A stretch of 64,000 nt of DNA from Chrysomallon squamiferum (lineage: Eukaryota > Animalia > Mollusca): assembly GCA_012295275.1 (NCBI GenBank), contig CM022665.1, positions 46,314,001-46,378,000 of the forward strand, read 5' to 3'. Below the pieces are notes generated by a model. That model worked only from the letters and a program-made list of their open reading frames with translations. It did no database searches and was not told the DNA's origin. Positions 42,961 through 56,160 of this stretch are shown in pieces; position 1 is the first letter of the stretch; every line of letters begins with the position of its first letter. The position numbers and the translations under genes are program-made.

Positions 42961-43013
42961 TACATACATATATATATACACACACACACACATATGTATG
43001 TATGTGTGGTGTG

Positions 43014-43070
<57 letters not shown>

Positions 43071-43127
43071 GTATATAGATATATCTATGAGTTTGTACAT
43101 ATATATGTATGTATGTGTATATACATA

Positions 43128-43162
<35 letters not shown>

Positions 43163-43814
43163 ATGTGTGTACGTATGTTTCTTCAGTAACAGTAAATAGA
43201 TAATCAATAACAGTAAATGTTATCTTCGACATCATAAATACCTCAGTGCTATCTGTAAGTACAGGTTCATTAGCTAGTAAATGGTTTGTCATTATCAATA
43301 AATACTGTACGTGCAAAAACACTAAACAGATCAAAAAAAAATATATATATATAAATATATATACATATATAGATATCCAATAATAATCAGTCTATCTTCA
43401 GTAATAACGTTAGTTCAACGAAAGAAAATGTTTCAGGTATTAGCGAATGATGTTTCCATTTTTGTTGAAGAAGAATATTTTATTAAACGTAATGAGAATC
43501 GGCTGATATAAATTAAATAACTCTGAGAAAATGGCAAGATGAGGGAAAGGGGAAAAAAAAAAAAAAAAAAAAAAAAGAAAAGGTAATTGACTTCTGATAT
43601 GTTATTAGATAAAGTAATTTTCTCTGGTTATAAATTTAATCTGGACGACAGAAATAACATCGGCGATAAAAATAAAAGGATGGAAATGTGTTTATGATTG
43701 GTTCTTTCTTCCACAGTATTCCTATTCAAGTATTTTAAACAGCTTCGTGTGTTAAACAAAATTTTCCTGCCAAAAAAAAAGAATTGCAAAAAAGCCCTAG
43801 GGGTTTCCAGGAGA

Positions 43815-44340
43815 AATATGGAAATAGATATTGCACCTATAAATATATCAGCTTGAGTTTCTAAATGCAGAAACAGCAGAAATATGCAAAGAGAAACTGA
43901 AGATATATAAATATACATGATCTTAACTTTCTACATACAGAAAGCAGGGAAACAGAACTGAATGTATAATTATATAAACTGCATTTTCTGTATACAGAAA
44001 GCAGGGAAACTGAAACTGAATGTATAATTATATAAGCTTAACTTTCTGTATTCAAAGCATATTGAAATTTAAATGGAATATATGAATGTCAGCTTAGTTT
44101 CTGTACAAAAAAACAACAACAATATGGAAATTTAAAACTGAATATATAAATATATTAGCTTAACTTTCTTTAGAAACAGGAACTGAATACATAAATATAG
44201 TGATCTATATGCAAAAATATGGAAAATGAAACTCTGAATATATAAACATACTAACTTAACTTTCTGTGTTAAAAAAACCCTTCAAACTGAATATGTTAGC
44301 TATATGAGCTTAACATTTTATACACCAAAAATATGGAAAC
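43815..44340. repeat. Degenerate tandem repeat of about 55-65 bp
   Basis: GGAAA...AACTGAAT(G/A)TATAA..ATAT..GCTTAACTTTCTG recurs about 8 times. Confidence 0.7.
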
Positions 44341-44439
44341 TTGTATATATTGTATCATGTATATATATTGTATTTTGACGTATAAAAATCTAACAAAAAT
44401 TAAAACTCTAGAAAACAATTTTCAAAAATTACTATTTCA

Positions 44440-45430
44440 AAATGACGCTGATCTTTTTTCGACACTGGATCGCGGGCCGGTGTGTGCCCATTACAAGCGT
44501 GCTTTAACCTAAGCAGTTTTTTGTTTTGTTTTTGTTTTAATTATCACAACTGATGCACTCACTGGGCACAGACAGACAGACAGACCTGAGAGCGCTATTC
44601 GTCTATTGATTCTCCTCTCTGTAGCCGCTGCTTGAAAACAGCAGCTACGTCATCATCATCATCATCACACACACACACCGACTTACCTCGTCCATGTTAT
44701 CGCAAACCTCAGTCATGAAGTCAGTCATTTGCCTCCATTACACCGAAAGAGTTCAAAAAATAAAAAATAAAAATAACAAAATAAAAAATAAAATTTTTAA
44801 GAATAAAAAAATCTACATCTGGACATTCCATCCATTCACTTAGTTAAGAGACTGAAATACTGCAGAGTTCTGACTGGGTAATTGATGAAATTAGTATTTA
44901 TTCCTTCTTCGTTGTCTTGTCCGAGGGAGGAAGTAATAATAAATGATGAGACGGTTTGTCTATCATCGCTGATTGCCAGAGGGCAAAACCAAAAAGAAAA
45001 AAAAAAAAAAAAAAAATCTCTCAGACTGGTTTAGTTTCTTGGTCGATGTCCTGGCAGTTTTCTGAGTCGAGTTGGCACAGTTGATGTTGATGATGATGAT
45101 GAGACGACGATGTTGTCGTTTCTTCCTCCTCTTTGCCATCTCGCGCCCTGGACAGCCGTGCTAGAACCTCATTCACAGTTCCACTAATGGCTAGCGATGA
45201 CCTCTTCTGGCCCTTGGAAAGTGACCAATGGTCAGTGGGCTGCGAATGACCACAGGAGAAGTGGAAGATTAGATTTGACTAAACGGTTGTAGTTGTCTCC
45301 AGAGCACACTGCTTATGTTGTAGCTGTGTGGTTCTGACAGTTCTGCTGCTGCTGCTGCTGTTGTTGTTGTTGTTGTTGCTGTTGTTGTCGATATTCTGGA
45401 GATGTGGACGTTTTGAAACACGTGGGTGTA
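44440..45430 (-). promoter_or_regulatory. Putative promoter / 5' UTR region of the sol-1-like gene
   Basis: Locally GC- and CpG-richer unique sequence around the strong donor at 44686 (for example GATCGCGGGCCGG, TCTCGCGCCC), with CCAAT at 45225-45229. The TSS cannot be determined from sequence. Confidence 0.4.
44687..44728 (-). CDS. sol-1: Probable first coding exon (MTDFMTEVCDN-MDE); the best start context is ATG 44695, giving MDE
   Basis: Consensus donor GAG|GTAAGT. The phase-0 end joins in frame to the exon starting at 38454. In-frame ATGs at 44728, 44716 and 44695 (AACATGG context), with an in-frame TAA just upstream at 44738-44740. Sits in a CpG-retaining region. Confidence 0.5.
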
Positions 45431-47124
45431 TGCTTGTTTAACCAAACCCCCAGGCATTTAATGGTTAATAGATAGTTATTATTTCTCCTTAATGACTGTG
45501 ATTTGGAAAGTAAAAACCGGTCAACTCACCTCACACACACATACACACAGACACACACACATATACACATACTGTGGTTTGTTAGTAATCAAATTGTGAG
45601 CCTGAGGTTTGAATGGGATATAAAGCAGAAGAGGTTCTGTGAAGAATTGTGATCACTTCATCATACAAACAATCTAACCACATGTTTGTACTCATTTCTG
45701 TCTAAGAGAAGAAACCATCAGAAAAATTATTTTATGTCAAACAACAAGGACAAACAGAAATCAACCTAGTTTAAGCAAAAACTATGAGACACAATATTGA
45801 CCATTACCATTTGTAACTGTATCATTATATATCACCACTGTTATCTTTAATAGGCTAATGTTTGAAACATACTTTTTTTTTTTCTGAAAAATCTTACAAT
45901 GACATACTGTTTGTTACAAGTGAGGATATATGGTAGTTAATTCATAAAATAAATTCAAAAATAAAAAATTTCAAAAAAACCAAAAAACATTTTGACCAAA
46001 AAGTTGTAATTGACAATTTTATGGACTTCGATGATTTTATGTTCATTTCTGAAAACAAATTTTTAAAAATAGAAAATTAAACAGGAAAACTATTTTAATC
46101 TGCACAAATTTTGGATCAAAATGTGTCTGTTTTGAGAATTCTGTAAGACAAATATTATTTTATCTTCATTTCTGTAAGATGCAAATTAATAAAAAAAAGT
46201 ATTTTCATTTGCAGACTTTTTTTTTTTTAACCAAAATTCTTCTATTTTGAGAGTTCTGCAGGTACAAATTATTTTATATTCATTTGTGCAGGAAGCAAAA
46301 TTGAAAAGAAAAGTATTTTCTTCTGCATAATTATTACCAATTTTTTTTTTTTAACAACTAGGAAGAGTGCTTTTTATATTTGATAAAGCAAAGAAACAAA
46401 TGATAAGGATTTATCCAGTGAAAGAAAATATTGAAACAAGCAGCAAAAACTCTTTTCACATTTTGTAAAAAATAAAACAAAACGAAATACAAACAGCAAA
46501 ACTCTTTTCACATAAAAGTGCTTCCTCACATTCACTATTTTCTTAACACCACAGAGGAATTCTTTTTTGGTTTAACAAAATTAACAAGTCAGCCAAAAAA
46601 ATGTAAAAAAAATTTGACAAGATTCTCCATCTAAAATCAGATCATGTGTGATTTTAAAAATTCATCAAATCAAACAGTTTAATTTAAATGTGCGAAGAAA
46701 ACGTTATCATAAATTTTTTTTTTTTTTTTTTGTCATTACTGATATCAGCTTAAATGAGTTTGAAAGGTTAAAAAAAGATTAACTTTAATTAACATTTCCT
46801 GCTCACTAACCTCGAAGCTAAGATAAGTTTTTTTAAATCTTTCTTTATGCTAATTCGATACAGTTCCCCATTTCTAAAATATCCACTCTAATTCTTTTTA
46901 TTTTTATTTTTGTTTTTTAATTTCACTGCCGCAGTTTTTGAAAATCAAATTTGCTGCAAATAATGAATATTACTGCCTCCGGATGGTGGGGACACTGTAG
47001 ACAGTTCAAGATGGACGCCGATAAAGTAGAGAAAACATGCAAAGAAAACATAAAATAAACAGGGAAAATTTCCTGCCTTAAGCTTTCCAGTGTAGTCTGT
47101 AACACGAAACAATTTGGGGGAAAG

Positions 47125-47163
<39 letters not shown>

Positions 47164-47391
47164 TTTAAGCAAATGAAATAAGTGATTACATTTCTCTGAG
47201 AACAGAATTACAACTTCTGAAGGGTGCATAAAAATGCAGCCAATCAAAAAACTCGTAACAAAATCGTCTGGGATGGAGTGGAACGATGGAAAAAAAATGG
47301 CTGCAGACGTGTTTAATGTGTTTTCACATAAGAAAGAGTTTAAAATGCAGCCAATCAGAAAATAGGGTACAAAATCATTTAGAACTGAGAT

Positions 47392-47429
<38 letters not shown>

Positions 47430-48109
47430 ATAAAAAGAATAAAGACAAGGAAAAAAATAAAAATAAATAATGGCTGTAGATAATGTTTCTTCACATAAAA
47501 CAGAAGCTTATGAAGCAGCAAAACAAGAAAACCAAACAGATCAAAAAGTTCACTGGCTGGGTGATGTAAAAATAGTTAAGAGACATGAAAGTTAATGTCA
47601 CTTTCATATAAAAAAGAAATATATCATGAAATGCAGTCAGCCAGAAACACATGCACTATAAAACAGTGTAAGCATGATTGAGAAATAACTGTTAATCCAA
47701 TGAATTTTATTGATTTTAGTACCAAAAAAAAAAAAAAAAAAAAAAGGATATTTTTGTTCCATGAAAAATGTTAATGAAGCTGACAAAAAAAAAAAAAAAA
47801 AAAAAAAAAATGGTAGAATGAGATATCATTAATATATTGTGTTTCTGGATGTAATGACTGAAATGTGTGATTGAATGAATTACTATTAATTTATTATATT
47901 TCTAGCACAAAAATTGGTGGATGACATTTAATATAATTCATTATTTAAATTTGACAAGATGTTTTTTTTTTGTTGTTTTTTTCAGTAATGTAAAAAGTTG
48001 ACTTTTTATTACATTTCAGAAACAAATGTTTCAAATGTTTGGGTTTTTTTTGGTTTTTTGAACCTTTTATTTATTTATTAATTTTCACTTTGTACAGACT
48101 TTTATTTGA

Positions 48110-48398
48110 AATGGAAAATCAGCCTCTTTCTGAAATAATGATAAATGCTGATATAATTTTTTTCAAATACTTTAAATATAATTATGGAGTTTTTAATACC
48201 TTTTTTTTAAAAAATATCTATTTCACAAAAGAAAATAGTTTTGTACGTCATGTCAGACATTTTGGTGAATTCTTTAAATGGAAACTCAGCCTCATTCTGA
48301 AATGATGATACATACTGATATAATTTAATTTTAAATACTTACAATAATATATAACATCTTTTAATTATTTTTTCAAATATTTAGAATTAGAATTATGA

Positions 48399-48440
<42 letters not shown>

Positions 48441-48503
48441 ATTATACCTCTTTCACAAAAGAAAATAGTTTTGTACTTCTTTGTCAGCCATTTTGGTGAA
48501 TTC
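48110..48503. repeat. Two-copy tandem duplication
   Basis: GGAAA.TCAGCCTC.TTCTGAAAT.ATGATA...TTTCACAAAAGAAAATAGTTTTGTAC...TGTCAG.CATTTTGGTGAATTC occurs twice. Confidence 0.85.
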
Positions 48504-49259
48504 AAACCTTCTGCAAATGTCGCATACTTATTTACCTAGCCAGCTGCCGGCAGAAACACTTGTACGACTTGAGTGTTGTTGTAGTTGATGCTGGAGTGTG
48601 TGTGTTTGTTTGCTGTTGCCCACACTCAGCTAGGTCACTGGGTACAAAGTGGAGGACGTCAAGAGTTCTTTTAACTGCTGCCTCAAGCAAAATGTCTCTT
48701 TTAACATTCTCAGTGTTCAAAGATCACAAGTGAAAAAAAAAATTGTTGTTAAAAAAAAATATTTTTTTTTTGAAGCTATCCCAATTAAGTTCTTTATTAT
48801 ACACAAAAATATCACAAGTGAAAAATCATTTTTAGAAATATGTAGTTTAAAAATATCCCATTTAATTTCTTCATCATATACAGCTATACAAAAGAAAAAT
48901 AATTATTAAAAAAAAATATATATATATATTTCAAAAACATTCCAATTAAGTTTTGTTATAATATCAAAAATAATTATAAAAAAATTAAAAAACATTGCAA
49001 TTAAGTTCTTCATTATAAAATTAAAAATAATGATAAAAAAAATAAAAAAAAATAAAATAAAATGTAGTGAAAACAAAAGATAAAAATAAAAAAAACTGAA
49101 ATAAAAACTGAACTGTACAATACAGAGCACATACTCTTAATTGGTTTTTGAGTTTTTTTTAGTGATGAAAATTTAGATCTCTAAAATTTGTGCAGAATTA
49201 TTGATAAACTAAATTTAAAAATAAATAAAATTAGAAAAAAAAAAAATTATCAAGCTAAG

Positions 49260-49295
<36 letters not shown>

Positions 49296-49939
49296 GTTTT
49301 TGTACTTTTAAAGAAAAACTTTTCCTAATTTGAAATGTTTTGGAGAAAAAAAATGTTTAATTCTGAATTTTGAATTTTCTTTTTATATTTGCATTTTCTA
49401 AAACGCACATTTGGAAAAATAAAAATTAAAATAATAATTGCATATTTCTATCTTATTATTCATAACAACAACTACTACAACTTCTACATGAAAATCACAC
49501 ATTCCAATACAGAACCAAATTTTCTTATCTTTTTTTTTTTTTTTTTTTTTTTTTTCTTCTAATATTTCAGTCCCCTCATCCTTCATCAGACATGAAATAT
49601 TCTGAATTTAAAACCAAAAAGTGTAATAAATAATAAAAAACCCACAAAAAACCCCTCAGATATTTCATTTTTGCATAACGAATCTCATGACATCAAACTG
49701 AAGTGAAAATTATGCAGGGAGAATTTGAAAACAGGAAGTTGTGCCTCATCTAAATAAGGGAGGAAATTAAGAAGAACAATGACGCCAGATGCCATCTTCC
49801 GCGATCATCGACTGGGGAAGCATCAATGAATACCAAATTATACTCGTCTTCTTATTCTCTATTTTTTTTAACTTCAAAAAATATAAATATTTCCCAAAAA
49901 AAAAAAAAAAAAAAAAAAATGAATTTTGTGTTTTTTTGA

Positions 49940-50177
49940 AAAATTTATATTTTCTTGGTTCTAAAATATTCTGATTCCTATTTCCTGTTACTTTCTATAA
50001 ATTCAGATAAAACATTTTTTTAATTTTTTTTTTTTAACTTTTTTTTTTTTTTTTTTTTTTCAAAAAATTAAAAAAAAAAAAAAAAAAAAAATGTTGTGGG
50101 TTTTTAAAAAAAAAATTATATTTTCTTGCTTCTAAAATATTCTGATTCCTGTTCCTTGACACTTTCTATGAATTCAG

Positions 50178-50213
<36 letters not shown>

Positions 50214-50335
50214 TTTTAAACTTCAAAAAAAAAAAAAAAAAACCTTTTTATGGGTTTTTTTAAAAATTTATATTTTCTTGCTTCTAAAATATTCTGATTC
50301 CTATTTCCTCACACTTTCTATAAATTCATATAATT
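49940..50335. repeat. Three-copy tandem repeat (about 150-170 bp, with homopolymer linkers)
   Basis: TTATATTTTCTTG.TTCTAAAATATTCTGATTCCT...ACTTTCTAT.AATTCA.ATAA occurs three times. Confidence 0.88.
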
Positions 50336-50912
50336 TTTTTTTTTTTTTTTTTTTTTTTTGGAAATGACAAAATATTCTTGAATAGACTCCACTTTCTCTG
50401 CTGTGAAAGGACATCAACTGTTTTAATTACAACTCACAAACACACGCATGACTTAAGGCTTTGCATATTTCTCTCTGTCTGTGCATATCAGTCGGTCAAT
50501 TACTTTTCATAATGCTGAAACCAGGGCTTCAATTATCAAACAAGTTTACTTCTTAAACTGCTAATACACAGAGGAGTGGCCGAGGTGGAATATTAGCAGC
50601 GGCAATCGTCTGCTACTGCAACAGCCTTGACCTTATGCAAATCTACTTGGTGAATGAATGTATGAATAAAGAGCTACTTGTATGCATGAATACAGAGCTT
50701 TATGTATTTATGTATGTATGCATATTGAGTTAATTACACAATAAAGTTAATTATTTACTGAATGTTGTTTTCAAATATTTCATGGAAAAAATTTGGTAGG
50801 AGTAACCCAAAATGGTTTCCTTGACTTTCTTCTTTCCTTTTTTTTTTAAAATTATAAATGCAGATATTGACAAAGAATGTTTTACACAGAATAACAATTT
50901 CTGTAATTAAAC

Positions 50913-50968
<56 letters not shown>

Positions 50969-52544
50969 CAGATAATATCAGATAGATAGATAGATATAAC
51001 AAAACCAAAGAATATTAAAGAAACAGTTATACTATTTAAAAAATTTATTAAAAAAACCCAACAAATTAATGAAATATTTATGCCAAGTCAAAATTCCTTC
51101 TACAAATCGGTATTTTTTTTCCCCCTCCTTTCTGAAAAAACCTTAATCTGCTGCAATTAAACCAAAGTATTCTTGATGCCACCAAATCAGACATTAGAAC
51201 AAAACCCAATTTTTCCACTTCTTTCCTAACTGCTGTGCAGTTTTAATCTACAGTCACATTGAGGAGGTGATGTGTGTGTGTCTGTTGTTTGTAGTGTAGT
51301 TTAAACACACAATTTCCTTTATGCTGTTTTCTTCTTTATCAGATTTTTACACATTAACAAAACAAAAAAAACACTCTGCCCATCATCAACATCAAGCTTG
51401 TCGGTCCAGCAATTCTGTGACTTTGCAGATTTCTTCACCGAAGACTTGTTCATTAAATAATCCATTATAGTGAGAGATTTATTTTTTTATTTTTTATTTT
51501 TTTTATTTTTTTTATTTTTTGGGGTAAATCAGTTTTTTTAAGGTAATGGATTGTATTGCTGTGAGGAAAGTTGTGTTGTGTTTTTTTTTGTTGTAACCAA
51601 GGTTGAGTAATGAAAGCTTTTTTCGGGGTTTGACAAAGAGTAACAGTATCTGCAGCAAGATGGCACTTAATTATTATCGAAAGTTTAAAAAAAAAAAAAA
51701 AAAAAATAAAAATAGTAAAAATAGTAAAAAATAGTAAAAATAAAATCAATGGCATCTTCGACTGATGGGTTTAGAGTGTGGGTTTATTTATTTATTTTTT
51801 AAAAGATTTTCTATCTGAGATTATTAGTAGTTTTAGCAGTCTAAAATTATATATGTGTGTGTGTGCGTGTGTTATGCATAATATGAAATATATATATATA
51901 ATATATATATTTTTATTTATATAAATATGTTTACTGGTTATTAATATTGTAAATATATATATACACACACACACAAACATATATATGAGTGTGTGTGTGT
52001 GTGTGTTTGTAAATATATAGACACACATACACATACAAACAGACAGATATATACTTGTTATAGTCCGTAAATATCTAAATAAGTACACTAGTTGTTAATC
52101 ATGTAAACAGGTCAATATATAATCTAGTTGTAATATATGCAAATTACACACACACACACACACAAACACTCACACACACACACGTGTATCTAAATATGAA
52201 CACTGGTTATTAATTATGTAAATATGTAAATATATGCACTTATTAACTATGTAAATATGCATAGTAGTAATTATCTATGTAAATATTCAAAAATGAATAC
52301 TTGTTATTATCAATGTAAATATTTAAACATTTGTAGTGGTCATTATGAATGCAGATATCTAAATATACACATAGCTATTATGTATATAAATATTTAAATG
52401 CACCAGTAAATATATATATGTAAAAAATATCTTAATATACATCATAGTAATTCATAACCACCATCTATCAAAAACTGAAAAAATAAAATAAAAATAATAA
52501 TAATATTAACAATAATAATAATAATAATACCATGAGACATAACT

Positions 52545-52865
52545 ATAACATAACATATTACCACGTAATGTAACATTATATATTAGTACTGGATATAACG
52601 ATAACATTGTATATTAACAATGGACATAACTATAATATTATATATTACTACTGGATATAACTAAAACATTATATATTAACAATGGATATAACTATATCAT
52701 TATATATTAGTACTGGGTATAACTATAACATTATATACTTTTACTGGATATAACTATAACATTATATATTTTTACTGGATATAACTATAACATTATATAT
52801 TACTACTGGATATAACTATAACATTATATATTACTTCTGGATATAACTATACCATTATATATTGA
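52545..52865. repeat. 31-bp minisatellite, about 10 copies
   Basis: CTGGATATAACTATAACATTATATATTACTA; CTGGA at 52744, 52775 and 52806. Confidence 0.93.
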
Positions 52866-53991
52866 TATATCTGTAATATCATAGACATAACATAGCTGGT
52901 GAATACAGCCGATATTAAGCATCACAAACTAAAAAGACTGCGTAATTAACAAAAATGAACGCACAGACGGAACTTACAACTGGACAGAAACGAGGACAGA
53001 TCTATTACCTTTACATCCATCAGTCTGGATGTCCAGCTAACTCATGAATATTCATGAATATTCATGAAATCAGATTGAAGCCGGTGATTAGCCAGTGCTA
53101 TCAGTGGACACAGAGCTCGCCGCAGTACGTGATTTCATTCATTACCCACTGGTCCATACAAAGTATATTACACAGACAGATATAATTAAAGGCTGGTGAA
53201 AAATATTTTTGTAATTTAGGTCAGTGGAAGGTGGCTGGTTTGAAAAGAAGTGTGGATTGAAGATTGTTTTGATTTTTGTTAGAAAGTTTTTGTGTGCTTT
53301 CAGACTTTTTGAAAATATTTTATTTTGGGGATTTTTAGGGTTTTTTTTTTTTGGATATACTTTTTTGTTTGTAAATTAGAGTTAATTAATTTTAATTATT
53401 TAGTTATTTTATATATTTTACTTAAGTTGTTTAACAATTATTTATTTATTTTATTTTTTATGTATTTTATTTAATTTCTTTAACATTTATTTATTTTTAT
53501 TTTTTATATATATTTGATTTAACTTCATTAACATTTATTTATTTATTTTATATATTTTATTGAAATTATTTAAAGATAATTTATTTAATTCATTTATTCA
53601 TTTTAAAGCATTTCTCTGCAGAAACCAAATCAATATTATAATATTCATTAGAAAATTTTGAATGTTAATTTAATTTTTTCTCTCTCTTTCTCTTACTCAT
53701 TATTTTATTTATTTATTTATTTATTATTATTATCATCATAATCATGTTCATCATCATCATTATTATTATTATTATTATTCTAAATCAGCAATGAAATAAA
53801 TGTTTCATGATAAAAATAAGTTCAGTTTAAGTCGTTAGCAAAAAAATAAAAATATAAAAAATGGAGTTAAGCTCATGAGTGACAGCCTTGAAAATTGAAA
53901 GGAAAGAAAGAAGAAGAAAAAAGGTAATTTAGGTTAAAACTGTGATAGTGATGTCCTACTGATAAGAAGCTGTGATTTCCACTCTAGCAGG

Positions 53992-54032
<41 letters not shown>

Positions 54033-54169
54033 ATTTAAAAAAAAAAAAATCAAAGAAACCAAAAAAATATAAAGTTAAAAATGTTACAAAAATTTAAAAA
54101 AAAAAAAAAAAAAATCAACCAAAAATAAACAGCAAAAAAAAATAAAAATAAGATAATAATAAATAAAAA

Positions 54170-54440
54170 GACATTTCAGCACATACCATGACCTTTCATA
54201 AACAGTCACAGGGCTGTGACAGGAATGGGGAATTATCAAATATACTGGACAATTTAAATTAAAAAAATCTACATACAACATAAATGAATGTTTATTTAAA
54301 CATTTTTATATTGACAACGGTTAGATGCTTCTGTTGAAAAACCTCATTAATTTCTTTGGTTATTCTTTTTAGCAATAAGGGATGTTTTATATGAGCCTTC
54401 CCATGAACATTTTCCTCATTATTGTACCACAACCTTTAAA
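54170..54440 (-). mobile_element. Two SINE core fragments (Meta-domain-like)
   Basis: CAGCACATACCATGACCTTTCATAAACAGTC (about 54177) and AGCAATAAGGGATGTTTTATATGAGCCTTCCCA...TACCACAACCTTT (about 54371) resemble the same core as the other copies. A short plus-oriented fragment also occurs at about 13332-13360. Confidence 0.45.
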
Positions 54441-55240
54441 GAAACAGACTTTGGATAACAAGAAGGGATTTTTAATAATAAAAAAAACCCCTTCCCATAA
54501 AGAGCTTTTCTCCATTATCATAAGATGAGCTTTGATGACAACCGTCCCATAAACATTTTTTTTTTGGTTCCTTCAGAAACATCTTTAGAATGGCAGAAAA
54601 CAGCTTAAAGGGCCAGCAACAAGGACTGAACCAAGATCAATAACAGATCATTCCAGTTCTTTACAAACCACATTTCATTTTATCAGCTTCTATTTTACCA
54701 GAGATACACAGTAAAAAAAAAAAAGAAATCTATAAAACTCCAAATGATTATAAAACGAATCACTTTTCTAAAAACAATTAGAATCTGTTTGTCTACCAAT
54801 GCTGCAATCAATACCGCCATCACAGCTAATTGGCGACGTGGCCGCCGATGCTGCTGTTGTTAGGAACTGAGGAAATTGCAACTGGGTTCTGCTATATTTA
54901 CTGTTGGATAAAAGCGCTGGCCAATGACAGAAGAAATAAAAGATGGCTGGCTCGCATTCAAAGAGTAGATGGGAGATCTGTAATTGAACTGGAAAACGAT
55001 GCGATATGAACAGAAATAGTCTGTTTGAGATCTAATTACTGTGATGTGCATCATCTACATCGTTGTTAGCAGTGGTATTTTCAAATTTGATTATTTGGCT
55101 GTAATCGTGATATGTCTACCACCTATGTCATTATAGCAGTAATATCTTAAATATTAATTTCTATTTTTTTTTTTTATATCAGTGACTGTTATATATCATT
55201 ATAGTAGTTATAGTTTAAATATTAATCTTTTATATATATG

Positions 55241-55295
<55 letters not shown>

Positions 55296-55342
55296 CATAT
55301 ACATATATATATATATTAACCTATGTATGTATATATATACAC

Positions 55343-55373
<31 letters not shown>

Positions 55374-55422
55374 CATACATACATACATGCATATATATAC
55401 ATACATACATACATATATATAA

Positions 55423-55453
<31 letters not shown>

Positions 55454-55458
55454 TATAA

Positions 55459-55491
<33 letters not shown>

Positions 55492-55957
55492 CAGACATGT
55501 ATATCAAATTACAACAGTATTATTCAAAAAATTAATTAACTGTGAATTATTTATCTCAATGTTATATATGTTAAATCATTATTAAAGTAATATCTAAAAT
55601 ATTACTAACTGTGTGTACATCAATCTGTCTGTTTGTTCTTGTATAACAGAATGGTCTGTCACATGTATTATTTGTCATGTGGTTTTATTCCTGCAAGAAT
55701 TTTTACATTTCAACAAAGTGAATTTCTCTTTTTAAATCTCTCTCTGTCTGACTGTCAGTCTTTCTGAATGTGTGTCTGTTTTTCTGTCCATTCACATTTT
55801 CTGTTTCATCATTTAAAGAAAGTTCCTCCATTCTTTCGAGTATTTCAAGCACAAACTGCTAAATCTGCAGTTTCACTTAGTCATTTAAAACATCCGTTCA
55901 GCTGTCAGTCAGTTATTCCTTTCGTCTGTCCTTTACATGTCACGTCCATTAACAGCC

Positions 55958-56160
55958 TTAAAGTGCCAATAGTGGCGTTTTTCTCTTTCTGTCTGTCAGT
56001 ACGTGCGTGTGTGTGTGTCAGTCATGTGTGTTTATTTCAGCATTTTAAAAAACTCCCTGAATCCATTACAAATCTTTAAAGTGCCGATGGTGCAGTTTTC
56101 TCTTTCTGTCTGTCAGTATGTATGTGTGTCAGTCATGTGTTTATTTCAGGGTTTAAAAAG
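55958..56160. repeat. Two-copy tandem duplication (about 118 bp)
   Basis: TTAAAGTGCC.AT.GTG...TTTTCTCTTTCTGTCTGTCAGTA.GT..GTGTGTCAGTCATGTGTTTATTTCAG occurs twice. Confidence 0.85.

Larger units (their letters stand above)
410..44728 (-). other. sol-1: Multi-exon gene span (5' part; continues beyond position 1): SOL-1-like CUB-domain glutamate receptor auxiliary protein
   Basis: Five exons join through GT-AG introns of about 6.2, 15.9, 12.7 and 8.8 kb with matching phases (0,1,2,1). They give an uninterrupted frame: hydrophobic leader, a full CUB domain and half of a second. The motifs VNPACDCV, G.FTSPNFP..YP...CILYTF, VNEH...LCG and TGFQG.YQFL...F..DG...PGT.C.Y.F recall invertebrate SOL-1 (from memory, not searched). 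Confidence 0.8.

Noticed and set aside
43628-43918. Signal-peptide-like ORF start MYIYISSVSLCIFLLFLHLETQA as the gene's first exon
   Set aside because: It lies in a degenerate tandem repeat and has only a weak donor (GTGCAA). Exon 38382-38454 fits phase and motif much better.
48532-48720. Minus-strand ORF ending near the donor-like AG|GTAAAT
   Set aside because: No recognisable peptide and no clear acceptor. It cannot be excluded as a UTR exon but is unsupported.
54352-54364. TCTTTGGTTAT, matching the 5' end of miR-9
   Set aside because: The match stops after 11 nt, I saw no complementary arm, and it abuts a SINE fragment.
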